A program made the position numbers and the translations under genes. The notes beneath the pieces were generated by a model. The model made no database searches. It worked only from the letters and a program-made list of their open reading frames with translations, and was not told the origin of the DNA. Below are positions 61,300-64,000 of a stretch of 64,000 nt of DNA, piece after piece. Source of the DNA: the human T2T-CHM13v2.0 reference genome, Homo sapiens; assembly GCF_009914755.1 (NCBI RefSeq), contig NC_060935.1; one strand, written 5' to 3'. How positions within the stretch are numbered: position 1 is the stretch's first letter; each line of letters begins with the position of its first letter.

Positions 61300-62290
61300 C
61301 CACTTACTCACCCGTACTAGATGCCTGGGGCTCACTCTTGATTATTCCCTCATTTCTCATGCCCCATTGCAAAACCACCACGTCCAGCTGTGTGTGTTCT
61401 ATAAGCTCATCCCTCCCTCTCATGTCTGCAGCTAGTTTAGGCTTTCATCCTCATCACCTCCCTGGACTCCTGCAGCAGTTGCCTGTCTGGCTTCTCTGTT
61501 TCTAATCTCAACTTCCTTCAATAATTTCTTCACGCTAGCCAGAAGGAGCTTTCTAAAACACAAATCTGGTGATGTCATTCCCTTGCTTAAAAGCCTTCAA
61601 GGGCTCTCCCTGCAGAATAGAAATCCAACTTTTGTTTTGTTTTTAACATGGCTTAAAAGGCCCTCCAAGACCTGTTCTCAACACAAAAGCCAGAGCAATT
61701 CTTTTAAAGCAGAAGTCAGATCGTGCGGACTTTTTGTTTTAAACACTCCCTGGGCTCTCCATCTTGCTCAGAGTCAAAGCCAAAGTCTTTACAATGGCTG
61801 ACGGGCCCTGCTTGTTCTGGCTGCTCTTCTCACTCTGACGTCATCTATTGCTGCCCTCTCCTGCTGTCTCTCTCCAGCCACGTCCCCTACACCCCTTGTA
61901 ATCCTGGGAGTGCCCAGGTATGCTCCCAACCTAGGGCTGCTGTTCCCTCCTCAAGAGCCACTCTCACCCTAGATAACCACATGGATTTCTTCCTTATCTC
62001 AGATGTCTCCTTCCCAAGGAAGTCTTCCCTGACCATCCTATTTAAAATTAGAAACACTTTTCCTTAGCACTTTTTAGAAAAGTATTTCCTGCTCTTTATT
62101 TTTCTGCATTAACACTCATCTGACATGAGTTTTACTCATTTATTTTGCTTGTTGTTGGTCTCCCCAGCTAAAATGTAAGTTCCACGAGGCAGAGATTTCT
62201 GTTCATTTCACTTGCTGCTAATCCCCAACTCTTAGAACAGTGCCAGGTACATAGAAAGGCATAAATGCGTATTTGTAGAATGAATGGACC
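61300..62290 (+). mobile_element. L2 LINE remnants
   Basis: Ends CTTAGAACAGTGCCAGGTACATAG...TGAATG. Confidence 0.6.
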
Positions 62291-63049
62291 TTGCCTGTAC
62301 CTCCAGCCTCATCTTCAGCCATCTCTTCCCTCTGTAGTCCAGTAACACCTCAGTGTCTGCCCCCCAACCCCACCCAGCTGTTCCTCACCCTCCTGCCTCT
62401 GCTCTCTTGTCCTGGATTTCTCTGCCCTTCCCCCACTCTTCCTTTGGCCACTTCTGTTTATCTTTAAAGACCCAGGTTAGACTTAACTGCTTCTAAAAAA
62501 CTTATGTGATTCCCCTATGCTGGATTCAATGTTCATTTACTGCTCTCCCATTTTATCCTCTATTGACTCACAGTTAAAGAGTATGCTGTAAGTATCGATG
62601 CATGTCCCTCTTCTTCAGCAGACTGAGGGCTCCTTGAGGGGCAGGGGCAATTATGTTTTTTAACCCTTTACATCTCAGTTCCTGACATAGTGCTTGGTAC
62701 CTAGCAGGTGTTTAATTGTGTTGTTGTTGAATGGTTACATGACGTAGTTCTGATACAAGGAAGTTACAGAGTACAACACTTGGAGAATACTACATCAGGA
62801 CAGCCTCAAAGCTAAATGGTGTCCAGCAGTGGACCCAGCACACACTCGAGCTGAGAGTGGGGTGAGGAGGACTAAAGGCAGGAAGGGGGTCCTGGAAAAT
62901 GCATGACTTAAGCTGAGACTTAAAGAATGGATATTTAGAGGAATGCAGAGGAAAAGGGAGGTGACTGGTCTTTGAAGAAAAGATATGAAGCTAGCCAAGA
63001 GCCAGCCAGGAAATGTTGACAACCACACAGTCCCCAGAGGAGTCCGTAG

Positions 63050-63919
<870 letters not shown>

Positions 63920-64000
63920 TAGGCTTTGGGGGCTCCTCCAAATGTCCTTGTTAAGACTTGTGACCCAAGAATGAGGGGGAGGTTGAAATTGCACAAATTA

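Overview
Human (primate) genomic DNA that I recognise as the 11q23.3 TBCEL-TECTA locus. About 1-24.5 kb is the repeat-rich last intron of TBCEL. The terminal TBCEL exon starts at 24524 (CDS to 24842, ubiquitin-like domain) and carries a 3'UTR of up to ~3.7 kb with several poly(A) signals. The intergenic gap holds a decayed ERV-L provirus with two LTR16-type LTRs (30.7-37.0 kb, minus strand). The 5' part of TECTA (alpha-tectorin) follows: a probable non-coding exon 1 and seven coding exons (signal peptide, NIDO, vWC, vWD1, C8), all with GT-AG boundaries and consistent phases. I see no prokaryote-type or wholly new gene system. Most ORFs in the track are repeat-derived or chance. The most interesting items are: exact phase compatibility for an in-frame TBCEL-TECTA read-through; a ~400 bp microhomology-flanked copy of TECTA upstream DNA inside the ERV protease; a template-switch rearrangement in an old L1; two large intronic repeats made of RNA-binding-protein motifs; a MIR forming a TECTA splice-acceptor region; and a uORF in TECTA exon 1. 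Repeat subfamily names come from memory of consensus sequences and need RepeatMasker/Dfam confirmation.
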